A DNA stretch of 64,000 nucleotides from Somniosus microcephalus (GCA_052327205.1 CM126219.1:51398001-51462000); one strand, 5' to 3'. Shown: positions 34,816 to 49,454, counted from the first letter of the stretch. The notes: generated by a model not told the origin, from the sequence alone. Numbers and translations: made by a program.

Positions 34816-36833
34816 ATGCCAAAGTTGTGGAATAAGAAACAGACTACATTCATCTTGGACACCTTGGTGGGGCTATACTGCAACACTTCCTGGCATCTGA
34901 ACCTTTGTTTCAACATTCCAATTGATTGTTCAACCAGGATCTTGGTGATCTTGTAATATCTCTCCAGAACTCTTGTTTATGGCAGGTAGTGGGGGGGCGG
35001 GGGTGGGGGGGTGGCTGGGCGCTGGGGCCAGTGGGGGTGTGGGGGGAGGGCTCGGAGAGAGGGACATATCAGAATATAAGTCTAGTCCTTTCAAATAATG
35101 GTAGCACAATAGTAACAAAGGAGTCATGAGCGCCACCAGGATAGTGGACAATCACGTGCATAATTTTGTGCCTATGGCAACAGACCAGTGGCATCTTCAT
35201 GAAGGAAGCCTTTTCTGTTTATGAAGACTGTGAGTTTGAGGCCAGTAAAGCTATGTGCATGCATCAGTAATGCTTTGCATTCTGGCAAAGCCTGTGACAT
35301 GAAAAATGTGTAATGTTCCCTCATGCTATCGGCTTTTCATGGGGAAGTGGCTGAGGAAGTCAGTCCAAGCAACAGTGGCTTTATATTACTTCACATTTAG
35401 ATTGATGCCATGGAAAGTGTAGCTGTGCAGGGTGAAGCAGGTAATTTTGCAGGAATGTGTTTTACTTTATATTGGTAACAGCATCTCCACTTGTAAGAAG
35501 AGCAGTGCGTGCACGTTATCAGCCTCAGGAAGGTCAGGGTAAAACATTTGGGACATCAAAGTACATTTTCACACGATGCTCATACAAAGCATTTCCCTGA
35601 ATGAATGGTGTGTACAAAAAGGAACTGGCTTATTTTAGATAACTAGGCTTTTTTGGGGCAGATGAAACATGCATGGGAAGGATGGCTGTGCATGTAACAA
35701 AACTTTGTTGAGGAGCGCAGTGAGCTAAATTGGTGGCTCCGTAGCCATTAGATTGGTAAACAGTTTACAAGACAAACAAACTGAGTTGTTATTGTTGAAA
35801 TTACAGATGCATGGCTGCAAATAGCTGGTAGACAAAAGAGGGAAGAAAGTATGGAATATTCCGTTAAGATAGGTTTAGTGGGCAAGCAGGGAGTAGCTCT
35901 ATTAGTAAGAAAGGACGCGACAGCTATTGAAAAGGTGGAAATATCAGTAGAAGGTGAGATGGCAGAAGGAATTGATTCTGAAATTAGTAATAAGGGAAAT
36001 AGAGCAATAGCTAGCAACTATTATCTAACTTCATGGTAACTAGGGGACAGAAAATTGTTTATTATAATCTGACCTAATTCATAACTCATTGATAAGACCA
36101 TGTTTGGACTATTGTTTGTGAAGGCAGGGGGTCTAGAATGAACCCAAAATTGATGCATTGAGATTCAGAGTTTAAACACTAAGATCTGATGATGACTGTA
36201 GACTAAAGTAGATTTTACTCTTTGGACACTTGCTGGGCATCTGACAGGCATAACATACCTCAGGTAGGCTGTGCCTGAAAGGAACAACTGCCCTTGTGTT
36301 TGCTTGGTCGAGAGGAATGGCAGGTGCAGACCTGCCCCCTGATGAGGTTGCGCACCTATCAAACTAGGAGAGGCCTGCTGCTGTGCTCCTGGCTACTGAC
36401 ATCAGGGCCTGAAGATAGTCTTGTGGGTGGGCGGGGTGGGAGGGTACCTTTCTAGCAGTCTTCTTCAACCTTTGGGCTACCCCTAGACCGCACCCCACCC
36501 CAACCCCCATGGACGCACCCACAGACTTTTCAGTCTGGGCACAAGCTGAAATACCAGCATTCCTCAGGTGCCACCCACCCCCCCGCACCCACAATGCATG
36601 TGAGCATAGCAAGATGTGGGAGCTGTCCTGTTTGCCTCAGTAACCTCGTAATGCTAGGCCTGTGCTTACTGTAGATCCAGGCCCAATTAGGTATCCTGGA
36701 ATAAATGCAAGCCCAGTTAGGTATCCTGGAAAGGTCCCTGGGAATCCCGAGGCAAGCAGGCGGAGACTTAAGTAATGGGTTGCACCTCCATTTTCCTGTT
36801 CCATGCACCTGGGGAACTCTAATTCTATTATAT

Positions 36834-39400
36834 TAAGAACATAAGAACATAAAAAGTAGGAGCAGGAGTAGGCCATACAGCCCCTCGGGCCTGCTCCGCC
36901 ATTCAATAGGATCATGGCTGATCCGAACCTAGACTCACGTCCACTTCCCTGCCTGCTCCCCGTAACCCCTAATTCCCTTATCAGCTAGGAAACTGTCTAT
37001 CTCCGTTTTAAATTTATTTAATGTCGCAGCTTCCACAGCTCTCTGAGGTAGCAAATTCCATAGATTTACTACCCTCTGAGTGAAGAAGTTTCTCCTCATC
37101 TCAGTTTTGAAAGGGCAGCCCCTTATTCTAAGATTATGCCCCCTAGTTCTAGTCTCACCCATCAGTGGAAACATCCTCACCGCATCCACCCGATCAAGCC
37201 CCCTCACAATCTTATGTTTCGATAAGATCGCCTCTCATTCTTCTGAATTCCAATGAGTAGAGGCCCAACCTACTCAACCTTTCCTCATAAGTCAACCCCC
37301 TCATCTCCGGAATCAACCGAGTGAACCTTCTCTGAACTGCCTCGAGAGCAAGTATATCTATTCTTAAATATGGAAACCAAAACTGTACGCAATATTCCAG
37401 GTGTGGCCTCACCAGTACCCTGTATAACTGAAGCAAGACTTCCCTGCTTTTATACGCCATCCCCCTTGCAATAAAAGCCAAGATTCCATTGGCCTTCCTG
37501 ATCACCTGCTGTACCTGCATACTAACCTTCTGTGTTTCATGCACCAGGACCCCCAGACCCCTTTGTACTGTAGCACTTTGCAGTTTCTCTCCATTTAGAT
37601 AATAACTTGCTCTTTGATTTTTTTTCTGCCAAAGTTCATAACCTCACACTTTCCAACATTATATTCCATCTGCCAAATCTCTGCCCACTCACTTAGCCTG
37701 TCTATGTCCTTTTGCAGGTTTTTTATGCCCTCCTCACTCACTGCTTTCCCTCCCATCTTTGTATCGTCGGCAAACTTGGATACGTTGCACTCGGTCCCTT
37801 CCTCCAAATCGTTAATATAGATTGTAAAGAGTTGGGGTCCCAGCACTGACCCCTGCGGAACACCACTAGTCACTGATTGCCAACCCGAGAATGAACCATT
37901 TACCCCAACTCTCTGTTTTCTGTTAGATAGCCAATCTTCCACCCATGCCAGTATATTACCCCCAATCCCGTGATTTTTTATCTTGTGCAGTAATCTTTTG
38001 TGTGGCACCTTGTCAAATTCCTTTTGGAAGTCCAAATACACCACATCCACTGGTTCCCCTTTATCCACCCTGTTTATTACGTCCTCAAAGAATTCGAGCA
38101 AATTTGTCAAACATGACTTGCCCTTCATAAAACCATGCTGACTCTGTCCGATTAAATTATGCTTATCCAAATGTCCTGTTACTGTTTCCTTAGTAATGGA
38201 CTCCAACATTTTACCAACCACAGATGTTAGGCTAGCTGGTCTATAGTTTCCAGCCTTTTGTCTACTTCCCTTTTTAAATAAGAGCGTTACATTAGCAGTT
38301 TTCCAATCTGCTGGGACCTTTCCTGAATCCAGGGAGTTTTGGAAAATTACCACTAATGCATCCACAATCCCTACTGCTACTTCTCTCAAGACCCTAGGAT
38401 GTAAGCCATCAGGTCCAGAGGATTTATCCGCCTTTAGTCCCATTATCTTACCGAGTACCACCTCCTTAGTGATTTTAATCATGTTTAGCTCCTCCCCCCC
38501 TATAGCCCCCTTTTTGTTCAGTGTTCTGATATTTTTAGTGTCCTCTACTGTAAAGACTGATACAAAATATTTGTTCACCGTTTTTGCCATCTCCATGTTC
38601 CCCACCACTAATTTCCCGGTCTCGTCCTCTAAAGGACCAACATTCACTTTAGCCACCCTTTTTCTTTTTATATAACTGTAGAAACTCTTGCAATCTTTTT
38701 TTATAATTTTTGCTAGTTTACTTTCATAATCTATCTTCCCTTTCTTAATTCATCTTTTAGTTATTCTTTGCTGGCTTTTAAATGCTTCCCAATCTTCTAT
38801 CCTCCCACTAGATTTGGCTACTTTATATGCCCTTGTTTTCAGTCGGATACTATCCTTTATTACTTTACTTAGCCACAGATGGCTGTTTTTTCTTTTATGC
38901 CCCTTTTTCCTCAGTGGAATATATTTTTCTTGAAAGTTGTGAAATATCTCCTTAAATGTACACCACTGCTCATGTACCGTCTTACACTTTAATCTATTTT
39001 CCCAGTCCACTTTAGTCAACTCTGCTCTCATACCTTCATTGTCTCCTTTATTTAAGCTTAGTACGCTGGTTTGAGATCCAACTCTCTCACCCTCCAACTG
39101 AATTTGGAATTCAACCATGTTATGGTCACTCATTCCAAGGGGATCCTTTACTAGGACATTTTTAATTAATCCTGTCTCATTACACAGGACCAGATCTAAG
39201 ATTGCCTGCCCCCTGGTTGGTTCAGTAACATACTGCTCAAGAAACCCATCCCTAATGCACTCTATGAACTCTTCCTCAAGGCTATCCTGCCCAATTTGAT
39301 TTGTCCAGTGAATATGAAAGTTAAAATCCCCCATGATTATAGCTGTTCCCTTATTACAAGCCCCAACTATTTCCTGATTTATACTCTGACCAACAGAGTC
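36834..39400 (-). mobile_element. CR1 LINE, 5'-truncated ORF2 with frameshifts
   Basis: MGDFN and SDH endonuclease motifs, RT motifs GVPQGSVLGP / FADDTK, (TTCTTATG)n tail. Confidence 0.95.
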
Positions 39401-39559
39401 TTATGAGAAAACAGAAGGCTGGGAAAAGAAATTATCTGTGTCATCAAAATGATAAGAGTATCGACAAGATAGAAGATGAAAATTATTTTACCCTGCCTTT
39501 GTTACTCCTTGATTTGACTATTCCAAAGCACCCCTGGGTGGTCTCCCATCTTCCACCCT

Positions 39560-40002
39560 CCATAAACTGCCCGTCTCCTAACTCGCACCAAGTCCCATCC
39601 ACCCATCACCCCTGTGCTCGCTGACCTACATAGGCTTCCGGTTGAGCAATGCATCCATTTTAAAATTTTCATCCTTATTCTCAAAACCCTCCATGGCCTC
39701 GCCCCTCCCTCTCTCTGTAACCTCCTCCAGCCCTACAACCCTCCGAGATATCTGTGCTCCTCTTGCCTCTTACGCATCCCCGATTTGAATCACTCCACCA
39801 TTGGTGGCCGTACATTCAGCTGTCTAAGCCCGAAGCTCTGGAATTCGCTCCCTTTAAGTTGCTCCTTAAAACCTCCCTCTGTGACTCTCACCTATCCTAA
39901 TATCTCAGTGTCAAATTTTGTTTGATAAGGTTCGTGTGAAACGCCTTTGGTCATTTTACTACGTTAAAGGCGCTATATAAATGCAAATTGTTGTTGCTGT
40001 TG
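39560..40002 (+). mobile_element. L2 LINE 3' end
   Basis: PITPVLADLHRLPV...FKI...GGRTFS...KLWNSLP and GGCGCTATATAAATGCAA(TTG)n tail. Confidence 0.88.
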
Positions 40003-40893
40003 TAATCACAGAAGTAGAGAATATGCCAGAAATTTAGCAAATTTCGAATGAGACGAGCAGGTTGAACTTTTTTTGTTGTTGGAGTTTTTTTAGGGTGTTG
40101 TGTCCATTTCCCGAGTCTTGGGAAGAGACCGGGAGAAGTCCTGTACAATTTCAGGGCCACAATGTTTATCATTTACAGTTTTTAAGTTGCTCCATTTTAA
40201 AGATAAATTTTGCACGGCTCTGTTCCTCACAGAATGGGAGCAGCTACCCCGAGTCTCTGATTCATGCTCCGATTGAGCAAAACGCCCTTTAGTATTTTAG
40301 GGTTTAAGTTCAAGCAATACACAACCTAACAGAAGCTTCAGTGCAAATTCAAATGTGAAGGACAATGGAAGGCCTTATCTCTAGCAGGCCATTTAGAAAA
40401 GTGGTCTTGGATGTGAAACATGAAGCCATTAAAAAAACTGAGGCTGTGGCCTCATACTTGTCACAAGTTTCAATTCCAGGGGAGATTAACGTTCCTCCTT
40501 GAAAGACACTTTCAGGATGAGCAACGCGCTCTTTTGAGAATTATAATACATCCGACAGCTTGTTGATTGCTCTTGTGATTTCTGCTACATTAAAACAGAA
40601 CTGTAACTTCCCTAAACATTGCTACTATCCACTCTAATGTGAAGAAATAAAACCTACGGGTGGAAGTACCCCAAAGTACAGTACAGTTCCTCTTGTCACT
40701 GTCAGTTTTCCAGCTAAAATGAGAGATAACAAGCTTGTAGTGACAATTGGCCCATTCATGTAACTCACTGACACAAACTAAATTATACTTCACAAGAGCA
40801 AACTTTGTGAAAGAATCATCCAGGTTTTAAACTGCACCGAAGGTTAAATATGTTGTTCTGTTTCATTAATGTAAGGGATGTTAACAGCTCCAT

Positions 40894-41355
40894 CCATAAA
40901 CCAGCAAGGAGTCAACACCTTCAGGAGAAGAGGGTCATCAGCCCTGGAAATATACCCCAACAAGGAGTCAACACCTTCAGGAGAAGAGGGTCATCAGCCC
41001 TGGAAACATACCCCAACAAGGAGTCAACACCTTCAGGAGAAGAGGGTCATCAGCCCTGGAAACATACCCCAACAAGGAGTCAACACCTTCAGGAGAAGAG
41101 GATCATCAGCCCTGGAAATATACCCCAACAAGGAGTCAACACCTTCAGGAGAAGAGGGTCATCAGCCCTGGAAACATACCCCAACAAGGAGTCAACACCT
41201 TCAGGAGAAGAGGATCATCAGCCCTGGAAATATACCCCAACAAGGAGTCAACACCTTCAGGAGAAGAGGATCATCAGCCCTGGAAATATATCCCAACAAG
41301 GAGTCAACACCTTCAGGATAACCATAAACCAGCAAGGAGTCAACACCTTCAGGAA
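40894..41355. repeat. 56-bp minisatellite (7 full units plus partials)
   Basis: CAAGGAGTCAACACCTTCAGGAGAAGAGG(G/A)TCATCAGCCCTGGAAA(T/C)ATACCCCAA at 40905, 40961, 41017 ... 41297. Confidence 0.97.
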
Positions 41356-41932
41356 AAGAGGGCCACCAGTCCTAGAATCATACTGCAGTAATGCAAGATA
41401 TAACCTAGAACGCCTATACATGCTTCAGGACAATGAGGTAGCTGAGAGACAAATCCAACAAGTAGGAAAACACTCATGGTGGTGGGAGACAGTATATAAT
41501 GCAGGCCAGCATCTGTGGTACCGCTTGTTATCTGAATCTTTAATTGTTGCTCAGATTGTGATACTGGGGGTTTTGCTCATTTTATAACACCTCTAAGCCA
41601 ATAGACTGAAATGAGAAGATAGACATGAAATGACAGCTTTATTAAGGGGATGATAATAGTGATGTATCAGAAGAAGTTCTTCTCCCTCAAGTTGGAGAGT
41701 GTTGAAATATGATGAAGTAACCATTTTTATAACATTGAAATATAATGAAATAACTATTTTAAATCACTGCTGGATGACCTCAGAGGGCCTTAACCTCGTC
41801 AACTGTTAGATAACCTTGTTACAAAAGCAAAATACTGCAGACGTGGGAAATCTAAAATAAAAAGAGAAAATGCTGGAAATACTCAGCAGGTGAGGCAGCA
41901 TCTGTGGAGAGAGAAACAGAGTTAACGTTTCA

Positions 41933-44900
41933 GGTCATAGAGTCATAGAGTCATAGAGTTATACAGCACAGATAGAGGCCCTTCGGCCCATCGTGTCCGT
42001 GCCGGCCATCAAGCCCTGTCTAATCTAATCCCATATTCCAGCATTTGGTCCGTAGCCTTGTATGTTATGGCATTTCAAGTGCTCATCCAAATGCTTCTTC
42101 AATGTTGTGAGGGTTCCTGCCTCCACAATCCTTTCAGGCAGTGAGTTCCAGACTCCAACCACCCTCTGGGTGAAAAAGTTCTTTCTCAAATCCCCTCTAA
42201 ACCTCCCGCCCTTTACCTTGAATCTATGCCCCATAGTTATTGACCCTTCTACTAAGGGAAAAAGCTCCTCAGTATCCATCCTATCTATGCCCCTCATAAT
42301 TTTGTACACCTCAATCATGTCCCCCCTCAGCCTCCTCTGCTCCAAGGAAAACAAACTCAATCTGCCCAGTCTCTCTTCATAGCTGAAGCGCTCCAGCCCT
42401 GGTAACATCCTCGTGAATCTCCTCTGCACCCTCTCCAAAGCGATCACATCCTTCCTGTAGTGTGGCGACCAGAACTGCACACAGTATTCCAGCTGTGGCC
42501 TAACCAGTGTTTTATACAGCTCCATCATAACCTCCTTGCTCTTATATTCTATGCCTCGGCTAATGAAGGCAAGTATCCCATATGCCTTTTTTACCACCTT
42601 ATCCACCTGTTCCGCCGCCTTCAGGGATCTGTGTACTTGCACACCCAGATCCCTCTGCACCTCCGTCTTGCCTAGGGTCTTACCATTCATTCTGTATTCC
42701 CTTGCCTTGTTAGTCCCCCCAAAGTGCATCACCTCGCACTTTTCCGGGTTAAATTCCATTTGCCACTGTTCCGCCCATCTGACCAACCCATCTATATCGT
42801 CCTGCAGACTGAGGCTACCCTCCTCGCTATTTACCACCCTACCAATTTTTGTATCATCCGCGAACTTACTGATCATACCTTTTACATTCATATCCAAGTC
42901 ATTAATGTAGACCACAAACAGCAAGGGACCCAGCACCGATCCCTGTGGCACCCCACTGGCCACAGGCTTCCAGTCACAAAAATAACCTTCGACCATCACC
43001 CTCTGCCTTCTGCCACTAAGCCAGTTTTGTATCCAATGTGCCAAGGCACCCTGGATTCCATGGGCTCTTACCTTCTTGGCCAGTCTCCTGTGCGGGACTT
43101 TATCGAAGGCCTTACTGAAATCCATGTATACCACATCCACTGCGTTACCCTCATCCACACACCTAGTCACCCCCTCAAAAAATTCAATCAAATTAGTCAG
43201 GCATGATCTTCCCTTGACAAAGCCATGTTGACTATCCCTGATTAATCCTTGTCTCTCCAAGTGGAGACTAATTTTGTCCCTCAGAATTTTTTCTAATAAT
43301 TTTCCTACCACTGATGTTAGGCTCACTGGCCTGTAGTTCCCCGGTTTTTCCCTACTTCCCTTCTTGAATAATGGTACTACATTAGCGGTTCTCCAGTCCT
43401 CTGGCACATCCCCTGTGGCCAGAGAGGTCCTGAATATATGTGTTAGAGCCCCCGCAATCTCTTCCTTTGCCTCACACAACAGCCTGGGATACATTTCATC
43501 CGGGCCTGGGGATTTATCCATTTTTAGGCCTGCTAAAACCGCCAATACCTCCTCCCTCTCGATGTTAATATGTTCAAGCATATCACAGTCCCCCGCCCTA
43601 TTTCTATGTCTACACCGTCCTCCTCCATAGTGAAAACAGACGAAAAAAATTCATTTAGAACCCCTCCTACATCTTCCGGCTCCACACACAGATTGCCACT
43701 TTTGTCCCTAATGGGCCCTATTTTTTCCCTAGTTATCCTCTTACCCTTAATATACTTATAAAACATCTTAGGATTTTCCTTTATTTTGCTCGCCAGTGTT
43801 ATTTCATGGCCCCTCCTTGATCTCCTAATTTCTTTTTTAAGTATCCCCCTGCACTTTTTGTACTCCTCTAGGGCTTCCTCTGTCTTTAGCCTTTTGTATC
43901 TGCCAAAAGCCCTCCTTTTTTTCCTAATCCATTCTCGTATATCCCCTGACATCCAAGGTTCCCTGTGGTTTTTGGAACCACCCTTGACCTTTACGGGAAC
44001 ATGTTGCCATTGTATGATCTCAATCTCCCTTCTGAAAGCCTCCCATTGCTCCGATGCGGATTTTCCTACAAGTAGCTGATCCCAGTCCATTTTGGCCAGA
44101 TCCTGCCTTATCCTATTAAAATCGGCCTTCCCCCAATTTAGAACCTTTATTTCCGGCCCATCCCTGTCCTTTTCCATGACCACCTTAAATCTTACCATAT
44201 TATGGTCACTGTCACCAAAGTGCTCACCTACTAGCACTTTTTCCACTTGGCTGGCCACATTCCCTAGAATTAGGTCCAGTACTGCCCCCTCTCTTGTAGG
44301 ACTTTCTACATGCTGGCTCAAAAAGCTCTCCTGGATGCACTTTTAGAATTGCACACCCTCTGAGCCTTTCACACTTTGACTATCCCAGTTAATATTGGGG
44401 AAGTTGAAATCCCCCATTATTATTACCCTATTATTTGCACATTTCTCTGAGATTTGCCTACATATCTGTTCCTCTATCTCCCCCTGACTGTTTGGAGGCC
44501 TATAGTACACTCCCAGCAAAGTGCTTGCCCCCTTTTTGTTTTTAAGCTCCACCCATATGGCCTCATTAGAGGAACCTGCTAATATATCATCCCTCCTTAC
44601 TGCAGTAATTGACTCCTTAATTAATATTGCGACACCCCCTCCTCTTTTACCTCCCCCTCTGTCTCGCCTGAAGATTCTGTACCCCGGAATATTGAGCTGC
44701 CAGTCTTGCCCCTCCCTCAACCATGTCTCCGTGATAGCCACAATATCATACTCCCATGTGTTTATCAACACCTTCAGTTCATCCACCTTATTTGCAAGAC
44801 TCCTTGCATTAAAATAGATGCCATCCAGCCTTGCCCTTATATATTTGCCCTGTCTACCAAGCTGACTTGTTTTTTTCTCGATAATTGGCAGCACATCACC

Positions 44901-45519
44901 CCCTATTTCAGCTCCCCTCTGTATCCCATCCCCCTGCCAAGTTAGTTTAAACCCCCCCCAACAGTGCTAGCAAACCTCCCCGCAAGGATATTTGTCCCGC
45001 TCTGGTTCAGGTGCAACCCGTCCGACTTGTACAAGTCCCACCTTTCCCAGAAGCAGGCCCAGTGATCCAGGAAACTAAAACCCTCCCTCCTACACCAACT
45101 CTTTAGCCATGCATTCATCTGCACTATCCTCCTATTCCTATACTCACTAGCACGTGGCACTGGGAGTAATCCAGAGATTACAACCTTTGAGGTCCTGCCC
45201 TTTAATCTGTTACCTAGCTCCCTAAATTCTTGATGCAGGACCTCATCCCCCTTCCTACCCATATCGTTGGTCCCAATGTGAACCACGACCTCTGCCTGCT
45301 CACCCTCCCCCTTAAGAATGTCCTGTAGCCGCTCAGTGACATCCGTGACCCTGGCCCCAGGGGGGCAACAAACCATCCTGGAGTCACGTTTGCGGCCACA
45401 GAAACGCCTATCTGTTCCCCTTACGATAGAATCCCCTACCACTATTGCTCTCCCACTCTTTTTCCTCCCTTCCTGAGCAGCAGAAGCATCCCTGGTGCCA
45501 GGAAACTGGCTGCTGCTGC
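41933..45519 (-). mobile_element. CR1 LINE with partial ORF1 (SGNH esterase) and frameshifted ORF2 (APE endonuclease + RT), inserted into a Penelope 3' remnant (41820-41932, 45520-45640)
   Basis: VGDSIVRG...HIGTND...DGLHL (ORF1); YFNARSL, ITETWL, MGDFN (EN); full RT; (CTCTATGA)n tail. Confidence 0.95.
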
Positions 45520-45729
45520 CTTCATCAGAACTGGAAAAAGTTAGCGCTGTAAGGGCAGGGAAAGGGGGGAGGGGAGGAAAGAACAAGAGGGAATTTCCAT
45601 GATAGTGTGGAAGGTAGGAGAGATTAAATGACAAAAAGTATGAATAAAAAAATTAAGTAAAAAAGCAGATTTTTCAAGAGAATCTGGGAACTGCTATTGT
45701 GTGATTGACTCCACACCCACCCTGTACAT

Positions 45730-46615
45730 TTTTTTATTCATTCCTGGGATGTGGGCGTCACTGGCCAGGCCAGCTTTTATTGCCCATCCCTAATTGGCCT
45801 TGAGAAGGTGGTGGTGAGCTGCCTTCTTGAACCGCTGCAGTCCTCGTGGTGAAGGTACTCCCCCAGTGCTGTTAGGGAGTTCTAGGATTTTGACCCAGTG
45901 ACGAATAAGGAACAGAGATATATTTCCAAGTCAGGATGGTGTGTAACTTGGAGGGGAACTTCGAGGCGGTGGTGTTCCCATGAGCCTGCTGCCCTTGTCC
46001 TTCTAGGTGGTAGAGGTTGTGGATTTGGGAGGTGCTGCTGAAGAAGCCTTGGCGAGTTGCTGCAGTGCATCTTGTAGATGGGACACATTGCAGCCACGGT
46101 GCGCCGGTGGTGGAGGGAGTGAATGTTTAAGGTGGTGGATGGGGTGCCAATCAAGCAGGCTGCTTTGTCCTGGATGGTGTTGAGCTCCTTGAATGTTGTT
46201 GCAGCTGCACTCATCCAGGCAAGTGGAGAGGATTCCATCACACTCCTTACTTGTGCCTTGTAGATGGTGGAAAGGCTTTGGAGTCAGGAGGTGAGACACT
46301 CGCCGCAGAATACCCAGCCTCTGACCTGCTCTGGTAGCCACATTATTTATGTGGGTGGCCCAGTTAAGTTTCTGGTCACTGGTGACCCCCAGGATGCTAA
46401 TTGTGGGGGATTCGATGATGGTAATGCCATTGAATGTCAAGGGACGGTGGTTAGACTCTCAGTTGTTGGAGATAGTCATTGCCTGGCACTTGTGTGACGC
46501 AAATGTTACCTGCCACTTATCAGCCCAAGCCTGAATGTCATCCAGGTCTTGCTGCATTCGGGCATGGACTGCTTAATTATCTGAAGAGTTGCGAATAGAA
46601 CTGAACACTGTGCAA
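45730..46615 (-). mobile_element. CR1/L2-group LINE 3' fragment (same family as 33508)
   Basis: ILGVT.DQKLNW..HI...RAGQRLGILRR; shared 3' end CCCATCCCTAATTG. Confidence 0.88.
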
Positions 46616-46700
46616 GAACACAAGCAAGAAGTAATTAAAAACAAAAGCAAAATGCTGTGGATGCTGGAAATCTGAAATAAAAACAGAAAATGCTGGAAAC

Positions 46701-47172
46701 TGTGTCAGCTGTGGCTCAGTTGGTAGCACAATCGCCTCTGAGTCAGAAGGTTGTGGGTTCAAGTCCCACTCCAGGAACTTGAGCACAAAAAGCTAGTCTG
46801 ACACTCCAGTGCAGTGCTGAGGGAGTGCTGCACTGTCGGAGGTGCCGTCTTTCGGCTGAGATGTTAAACCGAGGCCCTGTCTGCTCTCTCAGGTCGACAT
46901 ATAAGATCCCATGGCACGATTTCGAAGAAGAGCAGCGGAGTTACCCCTGGAGTCCTGACCAATATTTATCCCTCAAACAACATAACAAAAACAGATTATC
47001 TGGTCATTATCACATTGCTGTTTGTGGGAGCTTGCTGTACGCAAATTGGCTGCCGCGTTTCCCACATTACAACAGTGCCTACACTTCAAATAGTACTTCA
47101 TTGGCTGTAAAGCACTTTGAGACGTCCGGTGGTTATGAAAGGCGCTATATAAATGCAAGTCTTTCTTTCTTT
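46701..47172 (+). mobile_element. tRNA-derived DeuSINE (SacSINE1-like)
   Basis: A box TGGCTCAGTTGG, B box GGTTCAAGTCC, Deu-like core GGAGGTGCCGTCTTTCGG.TGAGA.GTTAAACCGAGGCCC, L2-type tail GGCGCTATATAAATGCAAG(TCTT)n. Confidence 0.88.
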
Positions 47173-49454
47173 AACTAGTGGAGACCAATTGGTACTTGCC
47201 TGTGTTATCTCTGGTCAAGACCACCAGGCAGGTCTGGACGTGGCATTCTTTAAGAAAGGCTGTGAAAAGGAAACTACTATTATCACCTTGGATGGCAAAA
47301 CATTGGCAAAGTGGAGATTCTGTATGAGGATACGCTTAAGGAACAATGTGATGTAAGTACTTTCCATTTTTCTGCGCAGACATGAGGACATGATGCATGT
47401 TTCCCTGAATGCATGCCTGAGTGCAGACGGTGTGAGCTTGATCTAAAAATTGAAACCAGTGCAATTAATACTTTAAAATGGGAGGCGGCAGGTAAAGATG
47501 CAAACTGTGTTTATGAAGGACCTGTGAACGAACCCAGTGACACGAACACATGAAGCTTTGTCTAAAGAGTTTCATTTCATTTGTCATCTGAATTATGTAA
47601 TTGAAGATATGTACAGTTTTATCATACAATGCTTAGAGAAATTGTACACTTTTACTAAACACAGTTGTAGAAGATTTTTAGTTGAACTCACAATGAGGCA
47701 ATGGGAACATGATAAAACAATGCACAAGCAATTAGAGGGATTAATGAATAGGCAGACAGGGCATGTTATATCAAAACAAAGAGAGTTCCTGGTTTTAATA
47801 AAAGGAAAGGCAGAAAGATTAGGACAGGTTAGGGATAACAGCAATCATTCATAACAACTGATCTCAATGGTGATTATGTATGGAGGGTTTTTACTTAAAT
47901 CAGATTCAAAAAGAGGTTAAATGGTATTATAAACAATTAGATCTGAAATTTTATATTACATAAACAAATGAGAATTTTGAAATCAGAAGGGAATATGGTT
48001 TGATGTAAGGTGAAAAGATTTGGATTGGTGTGTTATGCCAGGAAGCCTTGCAAGCAGAGTGATGTTGTTTCACAACTGATCCCTGTGATCGTGGCAATAG
48101 TATTGCTACCTGCTGATGATAAACTGATGGAGTATTGAAAGTGGAATCAATATGCTTGTTTGAGGATGATATACACGAGGAATTTGCGAACTATCTGAAG
48201 ATATTAGTGAGAGAAAAAGAAGGGTTCTGGATTGCACCAGAAAAAGTGGTACCGGACCATGCAGCTGCGGTGTGCTGTGAAGCCCATCGTTAGCTAATGG
48301 TTTCACCCTGGATAAAGAATCCCTAGTTCTACTATTGAATTCGGAAAGGACGTTGTTTATTCGGAGAGAGGAATGTATTGCACTACAACAAATAAGAAAT
48401 ACTACCTACTATATGACCGGTTTGGTGGTTAACATTTCGCCTCACACCAACCAGAATGACTAAATTGGGGATAAGATATTGGTAGCTGTTAGGGCCCACA
48501 AGTAAGCATGACCCTCCAGACAGAAGCCTTATGGGTGGTTGTAAATTTTGGCCGCAAAAGAATTATGTGTACTTAAACATTTAAAGCAAGGGCTAATTGA
48601 TGATTATCATGATTTGATTGTACCGATTAGATGCAATTTTTGTTGAGCAGTATATGTGGGTCCTTGCACCCACTTCCACTGAAGGTGTGGAGTGCTCTGG
48701 CTGGCACACAGCGGCAGGTTTCAGGTTGGCTTAGGGACTGAAGGAGAGGGCGCTGTAGGATAGGGTGTATTTGTATGATTTAGTAAAACATTTTTGTATA
48801 ACTATAATATGTGAAATTGTATGTTAAAAGCATAAAAGCCTGTATAAAATGGCGAATGGCTGAGAGAAAAGCAGGATGGGAAATTATGCCAACCTGACTG
48901 AAACTCGCTCTGTTTTCAATTACTGAAGTAATAGAATGTAATGCTAAGTTTATGGAGACTATCAGGAACATGGTATTCAGTAATGTGATGGAAAAGAGAT
49001 AAGAGAAGAGAGAGAAATGGAAGGCACCCCTCAGTGATACTGTGGCAGAGCCACTGAGGGACTCTGAACAACTGTACATAATTCCCTTTAACGATGTGTT
49101 AGCTACAGACTAAATCTGTACCATTGTATATACTGTTTGCATGTAGTGCGCGGTCCCTTTAAGAGCGCAGGCAAACGCGATGACGTCATGCCGCTAATCA
49201 CCCAAATGCGGGAAAAACGTGATGACATCATGACGCTATCCACAGGACCACCCGGCAGTCCTTGTGGAGCCTCCGACCTGTTAAGACCTGTATTCATAGT
49301 TCTCTTGCATCAATCTGTTTAAACTCGTTAGTTTGACATTAAAAACCTTTTTGATTGATTGCCTGCATCGAACTTAATCTCTAGATAGGAATTTGACCAT
49401 TCCTACATTGGTGACCCCGACTTTTGTGAACGGATTTCGCAAAAGGAACACAGC

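Noticed and set aside
40894-41355. CRISPR-like array or repeat-protein gene
   Set aside because: Head-to-tail units with no unique spacers, in a eukaryotic context; the ORFs are by-products of the repeat.
46701-46775. tRNA gene
   Set aside because: It has A/B boxes but no proper cloverleaf and continues into a SINE body and tail.
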